A stretch of DNA of 64,000 nucleotides, taken from positions 7,068,001 to 7,132,000 of the forward strand of contig NC_043000.1 in the NCBI RefSeq assembly GCF_006345805.1, written 5' to 3'. This DNA is from Octopus sinensis (taxonomy: Eukaryota). Positions 63,895 through 64,000 of the stretch are shown here, piece after piece. The stretch's first letter is position 1. The number at the start of each line of letters is the position of its first letter. The position numbers and the translations under genes were made by a program. The notes below the pieces were generated by a model. It did not search any database. It was given only the letters and a program-made list of their open reading frames with translations, and had not been told where the DNA came from.

Positions 63895-64000
63895 TATACA
63901 TATATATATATGTGTGTGTGTGTATAAGTATGTTGGTGCAAACAGGAAAAATAGAATGAATATTTTTATTAATATTTAACAGAAGCAAAAGAGTGGCTCA

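Overview
AT-rich, repeat-dense eukaryotic genomic DNA. Its repeat content (tRNA-headed SINEs, RTE LINEs with (GAT)n tails, abundant (TA)n/(CA)n) looks like an octopus/coleoid cephalopod genome; this is inferred from repeat recognition, not a database search. Most of the window is transposon-derived: three long 5'-truncated RTE LINEs (24.7-28.1 kb +, 30.5-32.9 kb -, 55.8-58.5 kb -), many RTE 3'-end fragments, four SINE families, Tx1/L1, CR1/Jockey and Gypsy remnants, decayed mariner copies, TTAA- and TA-flanked MITEs and non-autonomous Helitrons. One clear host exon is present: a BtpA/SgcQ-family exon (F13E9.13-like) on the minus strand at 50547-50733. Three weaker, phase-compatible minus-strand exon candidates lie downstream of it. 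The most notable hidden signal is a set of minimal type I hammerhead ribozyme motifs (CUGANGA / GAAA / palindromic stem III / NUH) from at least four different Penelope-like or retrozyme-like families. Most sit in long inverted repeats or tandem dimers next to (TA)n tracts (11.0-11.5, 18.8, 34.4-34.9, 35.1 and 60.1-60.3 kb). Most ORFs in the supplied track are microsatellite or TE artefacts.
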